Position numbers and translations under genes: made by a program. A stretch of 35,333 nucleotides of DNA from a virus (Duplodnaviria > Caudoviricetes), in the IMG/VR virus record IMGVR_UViG_3300044266_000147, positions 1-35,333 of that record; one strand, 5' to 3'. A model generated the notes under the pieces. That model saw only the letters and a program-made list of their open reading frames with translations. It searched no databases and was not told the DNA's origin. This document shows, piece by piece, positions 7,319 through 17,787 of this stretch. Each line of letters opens with the position of its first letter. The first letter of the stretch is position 1.

Positions 7319-10300
7319 TTATACTTGAAGTGCAATTGCTCTTACATCATTCAATCTTGGTACATGAACAGGATTAGATGATAGTAGGACTATTTTAATA
7401 GCAAATTCTTTATAGCCAATAAATCTAGAGCTAGAAGTGTTGTAATATTCAACAATTCCATCTCCACCACCTTTGTTTAGAACATAGTATATACTTGCAG
7501 AATTTGTTTGTTCTAGTCCTTGATCAACAGTTAAATATGTGTTATTAGCAATATTTGTAATTGTTCTAATTGCTGTATAGTCAGAACTTTGAACTTTAAT
7601 TCTATCACCAACTTCAAATCCATCTAAGAATCTTGTACCTGTCAAATAATGACCAGTTTCTGAAGTAGTAGAAGCAGTCAAATCTACATTTGCTCCGGTT
7701 CTTGAAGAAGAAAGAGCAATATGTGTAGCATTAGAGAATGTAATATAATATGTTGTATTATTTGCCAATCCAGAAACTACAGTATTTCCTGCTGCTGTAT
7801 AATAAGTTACATAATCATTAACACGGAAATATGTGTTTGCATTAGTTATAGCAATAGTTTCATTTGTATTATTAACACCCGTATTTGCATTAAATGAGTG
7901 TGCGTATGCTGTTATGGCTGTACAACTTGAAGTAATAGTAACACCACCAGCCAATGTATTATATGTTATTGTTCCATTGTTTGAGAATGCTGCATAATTT
8001 ACTACATTTACTGAAGGAACAGAAAATTCATATTCAATATAGTCTTTAGTATTTGATGGAGAAGTATAAACTAAATCGCCACCATTATCATATTGCATTA
8101 ATGTCCATGCTTTATCATCAAATTTTTCAGGATCTAAACCATTCCAGAATTTAGCATATATCTTAATATCAGAATCGGCAGGTCTATATGCGGTTAGATA
8201 TACTTTTAAGTCTTCTGCTTCTTGTCCGTCAGCAAGAACAATTTTCTTAGAAACGTATTTGGTTACGGCATTTCCATATCTTGTGTGTTCATTAGTAACA
8301 TCATTATTGATAATATTTTCAATAAACAACATAGATTTTCTTGACAAATCAACAACAGGAGAAACGAAGTCAGATGTTGACTCTAGACCTAATTTAAATA
8401 TTGCTGATTTGTTGCTTGACATATTTACAACTTCATTTGATTTAGAAACAACATATCTTTCATTATCACCATATTCATATTCATGCTCATTAATAACTGA
8501 TTGATAAGCAGTATCTACGGTATAAGCACCTGATTTTGTTCCTTTAATATCAAATGAAACAGAAGTTTTAAGTGGTTGCATAACACCAAACTTTGGTACA
8601 ACTGCATGATATTTCAAGTTATTAATTGTTGTAACATTAGCGTATGCTACTAATGTATTTGCAGCAATTAAACTTGTATTTGTGTAGTCAGAAGTATGAT
8701 ATATTGCAATTGTTGGATTTGTTGTATTAGAGAACCCTCCAGTAGAAGAATCTAACCAAATAGTTCCAGAAGCTTCATCAAAATATTGTATTCTTGCTGT
8801 AGGCAAACCATTTGTAGAATTAGAAATAAGTGTATTGCTCACTATGCTTGCTACATTGGCTACATTTGCAGAAGAATTTACAGTATAAACTATATCACCT
8901 ATGCTAATAGCAAGAGATGTATTTGCTTTACTTAATCCGTTGATAGAGATATATTCATCGTCTTCATTTTTAAATATAGCAGTTCCAGTTGAATTTGTAA
9001 ATTTAGCTCTATAAAGATTGAATTTGATGTCTTCTAATTGCACATCTGTCCAAGTCTTTTTGTTACCAGAATAGAACAATGTTCCTGTAGATGGATTTGC
9101 ATACACTTGTTCTCTTGTAATAACATCAAGATCTCCAGTTTCAGCTACCCATATACTATATTCTGGACTATAAGCAACTGGCTGTACAACAAAACAATAA
9201 TCGTTATTTTTTAATAGATATACTGGATATTCTAATGTAAATACTGTTTCAAGAGAACCATCATCACTTATTGATATTTGTGAAGATTCTAAATCTGATT
9301 TTCCTAAAACTTTTGTCATATCTGGAAAATTATTAGTCATTTCACATATAAACAATGTACATCCAAGTTGAGGGTCTTTGGCTTTAAAATAAACCCCAAC
9401 TTTGGATAAGAATACACCAGATACAGTATCAGGAATATTTTGAATACTAAATGATTGTGCAATTGGTTTATTATGTACTAATAGACCATTTACATAATAG
9501 CAATTATCGCCGTCTAATCTAAAATTATATAATATTTGATGTGGTTGATTTGGATATTCTTCAATAGATTTAACTTCTTCATAAGAACCATTTTCTTTGA
9601 AAATAAAATCACCAATTTCTAATTTTGTAACATTTAGATGCGCCAATAATGGTTTTAAGCGTGATGTTTCAGTTGGCGAAACAGATTTCCAACCATCTTT
9701 AGTTAAGAATGGATGTTCTGAAGTAACAAATGGAACACTCCCATTTATACCATAAAGATAAGAAGGTTTAGAAACTTTATTTAATAATGGTTTATCAATT
9801 TCTAAAACAGTATTGACACCATCTTTACCTTTTAATTTATCACCTATTTTAATATTTTTGATGTCAGTTTTTGTTCCATCTGCAAGTGTAACTAATGTTC
9901 CTGCAACGAAACAATCGCCGCTGCCGCCGCCATCTCCGCCACTACCACCGCCACCATCTCCACCAGAAAAAGGAGGTGTCAAATCTATAGTTGTAACAAC
10001 TGTAGAAGATGAAGTTGTTGTTCTAGATTCTGTAATATTTTTGTTGAAAATGAGTGGTTGTCTTACATTTAATGTAGTAGATTGTTTTGTTACTGATACA
10101 TTATCAGCAGTAAAACGTGCTCTACCAGTAGTCATTCTAGCATCATTGCCAAGAGTTAGACTATCAATATTTGTTAATTGAAAATATCTATCTCCAGTTC
10201 TAAAAGTTTGTGCTGGAATTTTAAATATACCACAAACAAACCCTTTAGAATCTGAAACTAACGGATCACCAAAATTGCCTTTTTTATTAACTACTTTATC

Positions 10301-13300
10301 TTCTTGTCCTGCTGGAACAGTTGTAACTCCTGATAATGTTCCTGGAGCACAATATTGATCTACACAAACATCATCAAAGAAAGCATGTAGTGTAGTATTT
10401 GGTTTCATATTTTTGGCAACAAATGCAACCAATCTTTCTCTCATATAAGGTTGTATTGCAACATCCTTAACATAAGAACCAAAATCTAATCTTTCATTAA
10501 ATGTATTAACACCAAGTTGTGTGACAACTTTTTCTTGTGTTGTTGTAGATGTTGTGGTTGTAGATGTTGTTTGTAAAAATCCATTAATTGCAGTGCTTGA
10601 TTGTGTTGAAACTTGAGTAGAAACATTTCTCCAATCACCATAAATTGTTCCAAATGGTGAATTTTTAAACGATTCCCAAGGAGCAGCCAAGTCTAAACTT
10701 AGATTGATATTTGGTGATACAGATTCATCTCTGAAAAAGTCTGATGCAGGATGAAGATCAACAAATCCGTTCCATTTCCACAATGATTGTGTTGTATTTC
10801 TATATTTGGTAGTAAACCTTTGTCTATTAAATATTTCACTGTTATATGGTAATGTTAATATTGGTCCTGTAATTTGAATATTAGTTGAATTAGAAGCAAT
10901 ATATTGGAAATCGATATCATGTTTATCAAAATATGGTCTAGCTATCGAATTGTCAGGATCTATTGCAATTTTATATTCAAAATCCGAAACATTGCCAATA
11001 TTATGTGAATTGAATGGATCAGCAAATATACCATTTTTAAATCTGTTCAACCCATTAACATCAGGAATTGTTAAATCTCTTGCTTGTTGTTCAACAGTAT
11101 TAAGAACGGTATAATATTCAACTCTCTTGATTCTTTCGTCGAGAGTTCCAATATCTCTCATTGTATATCGACGATTTTGTTTAAGAGATACTTTTGTTGA
11201 TGGAATATTTTTATATAAATCAAATTCTCTCTTAGTGGCAGAAGGATATACAGGAACAAAACATTCGGCCAATGCAATTTGGTCTGATTCTACAAAAGGA
11301 GGTCTTGGCACTGTTGCTGGTGTGCCCCTGTTAACATTAAATGTTCCATATAAATCAACTGAAACTATATCAATTCTTGGCAGATAGTATTCAATATCAG
11401 CTTCAAAATTACTATCAGCGACGATTAAATGTTGGCCTGAAGCAGGTACAGAAAATACATTAGCAGAAGTTGCTGGATTTATAGTTGCCCCTGCTATTGT
11501 AGTAGAAGATACAGCAGTATTTGATTTTAATGGTCTAAAATCTATATAATTTCTTAGTTCTTTTTGATTATATATTGGCAATTCAATGGTTTGAATTGCA
11601 TTTGTATTTGCTGTATTAGCGTCATCAATTGGATAAGATTCTACAGAGAAAAATCCTACAGAAGCAGAAGTATTTGCTGTAAAATGATCTAATTCAACCA
11701 GCAATTTAGTTGAAGAAGTTATTTGTCCTGCATAGTCAGGCAATACTCTTAATTTTGAATGATCATATATTTCGTCTGTTTGACCAGTGTCTAAGTCAAA
11801 CCATGATGCTCCATCTGTATTAGTATTGGCGTATGTTGTTCCTACATAGATATGTCTAATTTTATGAACATCACTTAGTCCTAAATTCCAAGGACCAACA
11901 GTGTTTGCTGCATTATTAGAACAATCTATTTTTATAAATCTATTTTTGTTTATAATCTTAGGAATAGCAGTTGTTTGATTTCTATTAACTGGAAAAGAAC
12001 AATAAACTGTTTGTGTTCCAGAATCTAATGTTAGATTTAGATTTGCAGTAAATGAAGTATTTGAATTTATAGATACATATTGTAATGGAAGTGGAGTTCC
12101 AGTTACAAAATACTTTTGAATTCTTGTAGAGGCATTAGATTGTGGTATTGGTACGTCTATAGTTAAGCTTGTAGAATTTGCAATAGATGTTACTCTACGT
12201 ACATATGTTTGAGTTGTATTTGCAATTATTCTTATTAAATTATTTGAAACCAAATCTGTAGTAAATGCACTACCTGATCCAACAATTGTTAAATTGGCAG
12301 AAGTTACTGCTACTGTGCCTGTTAGATTTGCAGTATAAGCATTTGCTGTTAAATAAACATCATATGGTTCTATAGAATTTCCAGAAAGAGTAGCACCAGA
12401 AGTTGATGTTAATCTTTCAGAAGAAGCCCCAGGAGCAGCAACGTCAAGTGTTACAGAAACTGTTCCATTAATTGCTAATGTTGCTGATTTTATTTGTGTA
12501 TAATTAAATGTAGTATCGCCAATTCCTGTATTATTTGTTAATCTCTTAATTCCGTATAAACCAGTATCAAGTAATAATGAATTCTTTGAAGAATCTTTTA
12601 ATACTGCCACACCGTTTTCTAATACAAGATCAGCTTTTGATCCTCCAAAAGTGCCATTTACATAAATGCTCTTGACATCTGATGTAAAGCTTTTACCAGA
12701 ATTCATTCTTATATTAAATAAATAAATTAAATATGTAGCTTCAGGTTTGCCTTTTGTGCCACTTTCAAATACAGTAGCACGAATATTAGCTTTTCCTACA
12801 GCAGTTCCTTTTGGTGTTGAAGAAGTACCTTCATAATTTGAAATAGCTTTTTGAGCAGTATCATATAATGTAACTTCTTCTATTGTTTCAGAGTCAAATG
12901 CACCTAAAAATTCATTACAAAAAACATAATTTCCATAATTTGCTGTTACTAATTGATTTTGTGCAACTTGTGTAGTAGTTGCTCTTGGGGTTTCAATTTT
13001 GGTAGGACCAACTTTTTCAACTCTATATCCTCTGACATAAGCAACACCAGGAGACACTTGATAATAAAAAGTTTGTGTATTTGATTCAGATACAATAGTT
13101 TCTATGTTGAAAGGATTTACAACATAATTTCCAGATTCTTCATATGTTTTAACTGCAAATTGTTTTTCAATTTCATTATATTTTGGTGTATCTTTTTGTT
13201 CTGTTGGTTCTAATCCATCAAATTCTACGATTGCAAAAAACGAAGTATTATTTGCAGCATCTGTTTTTGTTTTAGATACTAAAGTTGGAACAAGTTTTAA

Positions 13301-14095
13301 TCTGTGAGCACCAGGAGCATTTTCATTTTCATATCCAAGAGCGTTATCATTTAATGAAGGATCTTGATTTTCATCAATAATATATTCTTCAGTATTAAAT
13401 CCGACAACATAATTATGAACATTTGTAGAATAATCTCTAACAGTTATTAACTGTGGTTCTATCTTTGTGAAAAATCCTTTTTGATATATAATACCATCAG
13501 AAACGCCCATACAATAAGCATAACCGTTAGATGTAAATGCTATGTTTGATTGAAGAGTTTCAATAGTATCTACTAGATTATTAGCATCTAGTGTATCGAA
13601 TTTTTGTTGATTTGAGTTGTAAAAATATAATGTATCGCCAGGAGCAAACTCTGTTACATCATTATTTGCTATGTCAGTGCCTGTGTAAATATATGAAAGA
13701 TAAAATCTATTTGTATTTGGATAGCTTATTGCCAATCCATTTTTAGCAATTCTAACAACAGCACGAACAGCATTATTTGAATCTGTAGAATTTGTTATAA
13801 GATAAGAAGAATTTATATCTGTAGGTAAAAGCGTATTATTAGAATTAAATGAATCAGCGACACTTATATAAGGAACTTTTGGATAATAAGTTATGGCAAC
13901 GCCTTCAACAATAGAACCGTCCTTAAATACATGTTTAGCAAATCTTTCGATTTGATTTTGGAGTATTGTTTGAGATTGTGTTAATTCTCTTGCTTGGATA
14001 GCAGTAGAAGGTCTATATAGAATTCTGTGAAATCTCTTAGCTTCATCATAATCATCAAAATATGGAGGAACGTTGAGATCTTTGTCTAATGCCAT
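7319..14095 (-). CDS. Large VrlC-like (DUF4815-type) baseplate/tail structural protein with internal Hint domain
   Basis: 2258 aa. Motifs LNVPPYFDDYD...LYRP..AIQARELTQSQTILQNQIERF, NAPGAHRLK, RRYTMRDIG.L..RI.RVEYYT, RFKNGIFADPF, PIAQSF and terminal PRLNDVRAIAL. Confidence 0.85.
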   Translation of the reverse strand: MALDKDLNVPPYFDDYDEAKRFHRILYRPSTAIQARELTQSQTILQNQIERFAKHVFKDGSIVEGVAITYYPKVPYISVADSFNSNNTLLPTDINSSYLITNSTDSNNAVRAVVRIAKNGLAISYPNTNRFYLSYIYTGTDIANNDVTEFAPGDTLYFYNSNQQKFDTLDANNLVDTIETLQSNIAFTSNGYAYCMGVSDGIIYQKGFFTKIEPQLITVRDYSTNVHNYVVGFNTEEYIIDENQDPSLNDNALGYENENAPGAHRLKLVPTLVSKTKTDAANNTSFFAIVEFDGLEPTEQKDTPKYNEIEKQFAVKTYEESGNYVVNPFNIETIVSESNTQTFYYQVSPGVAYVRGYRVEKVGPTKIETPRATTTQVAQNQLVTANYGNYVFCNEFLGAFDSETIEEVTLYDTAQKAISNYEGTSSTPKGTAVGKANIRATVFESGTKGKPEATYLIYLFNIRMNSGKSFTSDVKSIYVNGTFGGSKADLVLENGVAVLKDSSKNSLLLDTGLYGIKRLTNNTGIGDTTFNYTQIKSATLAINGTVSVTLDVAAPGASSERLTSTSGATLSGNSIEPYDVYLTANAYTANLTGTVAVTSANLTIVGSGSAFTTDLVSNNLIRIIANTTQTYVRRVTSIANSTSLTIDVPIPQSNASTRIQKYFVTGTPLPLQYVSINSNTSFTANLNLTLDSGTQTVYCSFPVNRNQTTAIPKIINKNRFIKIDCSNNAANTVGPWNLGLSDVHKIRHIYVGTTYANTNTDGASWFDLDTGQTDEIYDHSKLRVLPDYAGQITSSTKLLVELDHFTANTSASVGFFSVESYPIDDANTANTNAIQTIELPIYNQKELRNYIDFRPLKSNTAVSSTTIAGATINPATSANVFSVPASGQHLIVADSNFEADIEYYLPRIDIVSVDLYGTFNVNRGTPATVPRPPFVESDQIALAECFVPVYPSATKREFDLYKNIPSTKVSLKQNRRYTMRDIGTLDERIKRVEYYTVLNTVEQQARDLTIPDVNGLNRFKNGIFADPFNSHNIGNVSDFEYKIAIDPDNSIARPYFDKHDIDFQYIASNSTNIQITGPILTLPYNSEIFNRQRFTTKYRNTTQSLWKWNGFVDLHPASDFFRDESVSPNINLSLDLAAPWESFKNSPFGTIYGDWRNVSTQVSTQSSTAINGFLQTTSTTTTSTTTQEKVVTQLGVNTFNERLDFGSYVKDVAIQPYMRERLVAFVAKNMKPNTTLHAFFDDVCVDQYCAPGTLSGVTTVPAGQEDKVVNKKGNFGDPLVSDSKGFVCGIFKIPAQTFRTGDRYFQLTNIDSLTLGNDARMTTGRARFTADNVSVTKQSTTLNVRQPLIFNKNITESRTTTSSSTVVTTIDLTPPFSGGDGGGGSGGDGGGSGDCFVAGTLVTLADGTKTDIKNIKIGDKLKGKDGVNTVLEIDKPLLNKVSKPSYLYGINGSVPFVTSEHPFLTKDGWKSVSPTETSRLKPLLAHLNVTKLEIGDFIFKENGSYEEVKSIEEYPNQPHQILYNFRLDGDNCYYVNGLLVHNKPIAQSFSIQNIPDTVSGVFLSKVGVYFKAKDPQLGCTLFICEMTNNFPDMTKVLGKSDLESSQISISDDGSLETVFTLEYPVYLLKNNDYCFVVQPVAYSPEYSIWVAETGDLDVITREQVYANPSTGTLFYSGNKKTWTDVQLEDIKFNLYRAKFTNSTGTAIFKNEDDEYISINGLSKANTSLAISIGDIVYTVNSSANVANVASIVSNTLISNSTNGLPTARIQYFDEASGTIWLDSSTGGFSNTTNPTIAIYHTSDYTNTSLIAANTLVAYANVTTINNLKYHAVVPKFGVMQPLKTSVSFDIKGTKSGAYTVDTAYQSVINEHEYEYGDNERYVVSKSNEVVNMSSNKSAIFKLGLESTSDFVSPVVDLSRKSMLFIENIINNDVTNEHTRYGNAVTKYVSKKIVLADGQEAEDLKVYLTAYRPADSDIKIYAKFWNGLDPEKFDDKAWTLMQYDNGGDLVYTSPSNTKDYIEYEFSVPSVNVVNYAAFSNNGTITYNTLAGGVTITSSCTAITAYAHSFNANTGVNNTNETIAITNANTYFRVNDYVTYYTAAGNTVVSGLANNTTYYITFSNATHIALSSSRTGANVDLTASTTSETGHYLTGTRFLDGFEVGDRIKVQSSDYTAIRTITNIANNTYLTVDQGLEQTNSASIYYVLNKGGGDGIVEYYNTSSSRFIGYKEFAIKIVLLSSNPVHVPRLNDVRAIALQV
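9470..9913 (-). other. Hint (intein-like) domain, 148 aa, no endonuclease, residues 1395-1542 of the VrlC-like protein
   Basis: Block A CFVAGTLVTLADG, block B VTSEHPF, blocks F/G LYNFRLDGDNCYYVNGLLVHN. The next residue is Lys, not Cys/Ser/Thr. Confidence 0.92.
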
Positions 14096-14101
14096 TTTTT
14101 A

Positions 14102-15625
14102 TTACACCTGTATAATTAACTTGAATGCTTCTGTTTGACCGTTTGCTCTTGAAACGTCAGATACGTTTCTAACATATAATGGTACTATATCTTTTGTGTA
14201 TATATCACCAAGAGTATTTATAGTCATTATTGTTGATACTAATCCATTTGAAGATGTTATATATTCACCAGTTGAAAATTGTTTATCACCAACTAAATGT
14301 AAAACTGTAGTATTAGAGTATAAAACAACACCAAGAGCACCACTTGTATTGCCTTTTACTGTATCACCAACGGCAAATGTTACAGGAGTTGCTACATTTG
14401 CTTTTAAAATTTGACTAAAAGTAGTGTTACTATATACTGATCCTTTAACATTATTAGCATCTAATGAATAAGGATCACGTATAATACCAATTTTATTGTA
14501 TAATGTATTTATAGTTATAGTATTACTTTCAGTGCTATTAAAATCAAAATATATAGCCAACCCATTGACATTTAATTCATTTTCTGGATTGAATGAATGT
14601 CCGCCAGGAGGTGGAACTATACAATAAAGATTTGCGCCATAACCACCATTTGATACTATTGATGCAGATGCTCTACTTACTCCATAACCAATATTCAATA
14701 TGTTAATACTTAAAATAGAGTTAGAAGTTGTATTTATACTACAATATGCTAATGGTTGTTCGTCAGCATCGGTATTAAATAATACTCTTGGTCTAATTTT
14801 ATATCCTGTTATACTTGGATATATATTAGTTGTATTTGCTGGGGTATCTAATTTCACCCATTTACCAGAAGTATTGGCAGTATATGAAGTAATATTTCTT
14901 AATTGAGATGTAGTGGAAGATTCATTGAAAATATATATTGCACTTTTAGTATAAAAATCATTATCATTCGATGCATTATTTTCAATCTGAACAAGAGTGG
15001 AATTTGATACAGATCTTATAATACCATCATGATAAGAATTGTAACCAATACCACCATTTGAAATCATAACAACTTCTACACCACTGAAAGTATATGCAAT
15101 GTCCTGTTGGTTTGTATTTGCATAAAATGGTACAAATTCTGTTGTAGAAAATTTATTATAATTTGCACTTGATATAGAATATATGTATCTCCAAGTATAG
15201 CCATCTGCATTCGTAAATGAATCTGGATTTATTAAATTTGGTTTAATAGTAGATACTGAATTGTTAGAATTGTTAATACATTTGAATATATTATAATATC
15301 CACCAACTTCATCTGGCTCAGCGACTACATAAAATTGTGAATTTGACAAATCTTTAGTATTATCATATTTTGTATATACAGTATTAGTTTGCCAAGGTAT
15401 ATTTTTTATAACAGGAACAACATTGGTATTTGACAATTTTTTACCAAAAATCATTTTCCAATCATTTTCAAACAAAGCAGAATAGTCGTCTAATGTATTA
15501 TTAGCGACAGGATTCAAACTTATGGGATTAGCAGCAAAGGCGTAATATTGAGAAGTATTAGCAGATATGCTATATTTCAATTCATCAATTAATGCTTTTT
15601 TAAATTGTGGTAAAATTATTCCCAT
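14102..15625 (-). CDS. gp8: Baseplate wedge subunit, T4 gp8-like
   Basis: W..NTVYTKYD...FYV...YNIFKC..N...ST.KP...DGYTWRYIYSI...KFST.EFVP, plus synteny after gp6 and gp7. Confidence 0.85.
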   Translation of the reverse strand: MGIILPQFKKALIDELKYSISANTSQYYAFAANPISLNPVANNTLDDYSALFENDWKMIFGKKLSNTNVVPVIKNIPWQTNTVYTKYDNTKDLSNSQFYVVAEPDEVGGYYNIFKCINNSNNSVSTIKPNLINPDSFTNADGYTWRYIYSISSANYNKFSTTEFVPFYANTNQQDIAYTFSGVEVVMISNGGIGYNSYHDGIIRSVSNSTLVQIENNASNDNDFYTKSAIYIFNESSTTSQLRNITSYTANTSGKWVKLDTPANTTNIYPSITGYKIRPRVLFNTDADEQPLAYCSINTTSNSILSINILNIGYGVSRASASIVSNGGYGANLYCIVPPPGGHSFNPENELNVNGLAIYFDFNSTESNTITINTLYNKIGIIRDPYSLDANNVKGSVYSNTTFSQILKANVATPVTFAVGDTVKGNTSGALGVVLYSNTTVLHLVGDKQFSTGEYITSSNGLVSTIMTINTLGDIYTKDIVPLYVRNVSDVSRANGQTEAFKLIIQV

Positions 15626-15633
15626 TTATATTC

Positions 15634-17787
15634 CTATGGAGTTATAGTAGTAGATTCGTTTTTTATTACAAATCTATTTGTTTCGTCAGTATTTAATACA
15701 TATTTACCAAACAGTTCAGTGCCGGAAATGTGAAAAGTATTATATAAAATATCTTTATATTTATTAAGAGTTAAAGATGTTTTTAATTCATATGAATAAT
15801 CTTGATAATAATAACTGTCTTGTATATATTTATCAGAATTTAAAAATCCTCTGGTAGTAGACCAAAATCCTTTTCTTTTTCCAATTCCAGATATTTGTAC
15901 TTGGCCTGTGACTTCATAGGAGGTATTATACTCTTGTAATGTAGTTGATATAATTCCATTAGATCCTTTGTTACTTCTTACAGTGATTTTAGGCACAGAT
16001 TTGTAACCAGATCCCAATTTTGTCATAACCAAGGAAACCATTTTACCTTCATTATCAGTTTCTACATATCCTTGTGCAGGCTGATATGGTTCACCTCCAG
16101 AGAATATTAAAGGATCGTTATTGGCATATGATATACCAGAATTGTCAATAGTTGGTGTTGTGACACCAGAATAAAGGTACATTTTAACATATTCACCATC
16201 TATGTAACCTTTTCCTGAATTAAAAGATTCTACCTTTGTTACTGAAGTATTTCCTAATGAAGGAACAGCAAATACATTTGCATCCAATTGATTATATTCA
16301 GAAATTGATATTTCTGTAAAATTGAAATTATTACTATTAATCTCATAATTAGATTTTAATATATCTGGACAAATTTTATATATAGATGATGCCGTAGAAT
16401 TTAATGATGGAGGTCCATATAATTCAATACAAGTATTATTTGCTACATTTTTAATAACATGATATTCGCCGGTCGTGCTAACTATAGAATTTGATTGAAT
16501 ATATATTAAAGAATTTGTTGTTAAGAAATTAGTAAAATATGTACCAGTTCCAGTTATTGTATTAGATGATGAATTGTATGTTACTGTTCCGGCAAGTGCA
16601 TTAGAATCATAAGTACATTTAACAAAACAATATGGTGGTAAAATATAACCTATACCATTTCTTACATCTGTTAAAACAGCAACAGAACCAAACAAATCAT
16701 TTGCATATGTTAATGATATATCTAAATTGCTTGATAAATTGGCGGTTGGATTACCAGCCAAATTAAAAGCAGATACATCTAATTGCTTATCTAAAAATTC
16801 TGCAATACAATCTGTATTATAAGTTATTTGTTTGGCATTAGATATTGACCCAACTTCAAAATTTCCTCCAGATCCTTGAGTGTCAGTCGGATAATTGTAT
16901 ATAAATGTGTTTGAAGAAAGAGTATAACCAAATCCACCATATGGTATTGTAAATGTTAGAGTACCAATTTTTCTAGAAATTTCTGTAACTCTAACAAATC
17001 CATCTGTACCAAAAGAAATTACTTGATTGTTTGTAAGATCTCTGTTTGCAATTTTTAAAACATCACCAATCTTAAAATTATCTCCACCACTTAAAATTGA
17101 AATAGAATCTAAAGATCCTAAAACTTTTGGTGAATTTAACAATATATTACTTAAATTTGGATCATTATAATATTGATAATCATATACTTTTTCGCCAACA
17201 TTAAAAGATCCACCTTTAGGTTGTATATTAGAAATATATAAAGAAGAAATTATAGATTGATTTAATGGCTGTTTAATAAAATTTTCTACGACTGCTGTTG
17301 TTCCTGAAGATGATCCTATGATTGTTTTGCCGAGTAAATTTTCCATACCCTCTACATACGAGACTTCAATATACTTTGGTTCTTTCCAAGTACCATCTGA
17401 AACTCTCAACATATCTATTCCAGGAAGATATACGCTGACATCTTCATTGTATAAAATTCTGAATAAAAGTTTATAACCTTCTATACTGCTTTTTGATCTA
17501 TAAACATCTAATATATGTTTAATTAGAAATCTTTTGTTTATTACAACATTAAAAGGTATTCCAGATACGTATTTTTTTTGAAAATAATCTAAGAATTCTG
17601 TTAGTGTATTATCTATATCTCTAAAATTTTGTAAATTTCTAGCATAATATAACGGATTATTAGTAGATTCTAACCATTCATAATATGTTTTGACAAATAA
17701 TATGAAATTTGGACCTTCTTCTTTATAAAAAGAAGGAAATTGATTTTCAACAAAGTTGGATATTTTTGATTCTATTGAAAATTCCAT
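15634..17787 (-). CDS. gp7: Baseplate wedge initiator, gp7-like
   Basis: NQFPSFYKEEGPNFILFVKTYYEWLE, YRSKSS..GYKLLFRILY and IQDSYYYQDYSYEL motifs; lies between gp6 and gp8. Confidence 0.75.
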   Translation of the reverse strand: MEFSIESKISNFVENQFPSFYKEEGPNFILFVKTYYEWLESTNNPLYYARNLQNFRDIDNTLTEFLDYFQKKYVSGIPFNVVINKRFLIKHILDVYRSKSSIEGYKLLFRILYNEDVSVYLPGIDMLRVSDGTWKEPKYIEVSYVEGMENLLGKTIIGSSSGTTAVVENFIKQPLNQSIISSLYISNIQPKGGSFNVGEKVYDYQYYNDPNLSNILLNSPKVLGSLDSISILSGGDNFKIGDVLKIANRDLTNNQVISFGTDGFVRVTEISRKIGTLTFTIPYGGFGYTLSSNTFIYNYPTDTQGSGGNFEVGSISNAKQITYNTDCIAEFLDKQLDVSAFNLAGNPTANLSSNLDISLTYANDLFGSVAVLTDVRNGIGYILPPYCFVKCTYDSNALAGTVTYNSSSNTITGTGTYFTNFLTTNSLIYIQSNSIVSTTGEYHVIKNVANNTCIELYGPPSLNSTASSIYKICPDILKSNYEINSNNFNFTEISISEYNQLDANVFAVPSLGNTSVTKVESFNSGKGYIDGEYVKMYLYSGVTTPTIDNSGISYANNDPLIFSGGEPYQPAQGYVETDNEGKMVSLVMTKLGSGYKSVPKITVRSNKGSNGIISTTLQEYNTSYEVTGQVQISGIGKRKGFWSTTRGFLNSDKYIQDSYYYQDYSYELKTSLTLNKYKDILYNTFHISGTELFGKYVLNTDETNRFVIKNESTTITP

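Noticed and set aside
9470-9913. Canonical mobile intein
   Set aside because: No endonuclease domain, and the +1 residue is Lys, so neither standard splicing nor homing is supported.
9914-9970. GC-rich island as foreign DNA or RNA structure
   Set aside because: Explained by the Gly codons of the linker preceding the Hint domain.
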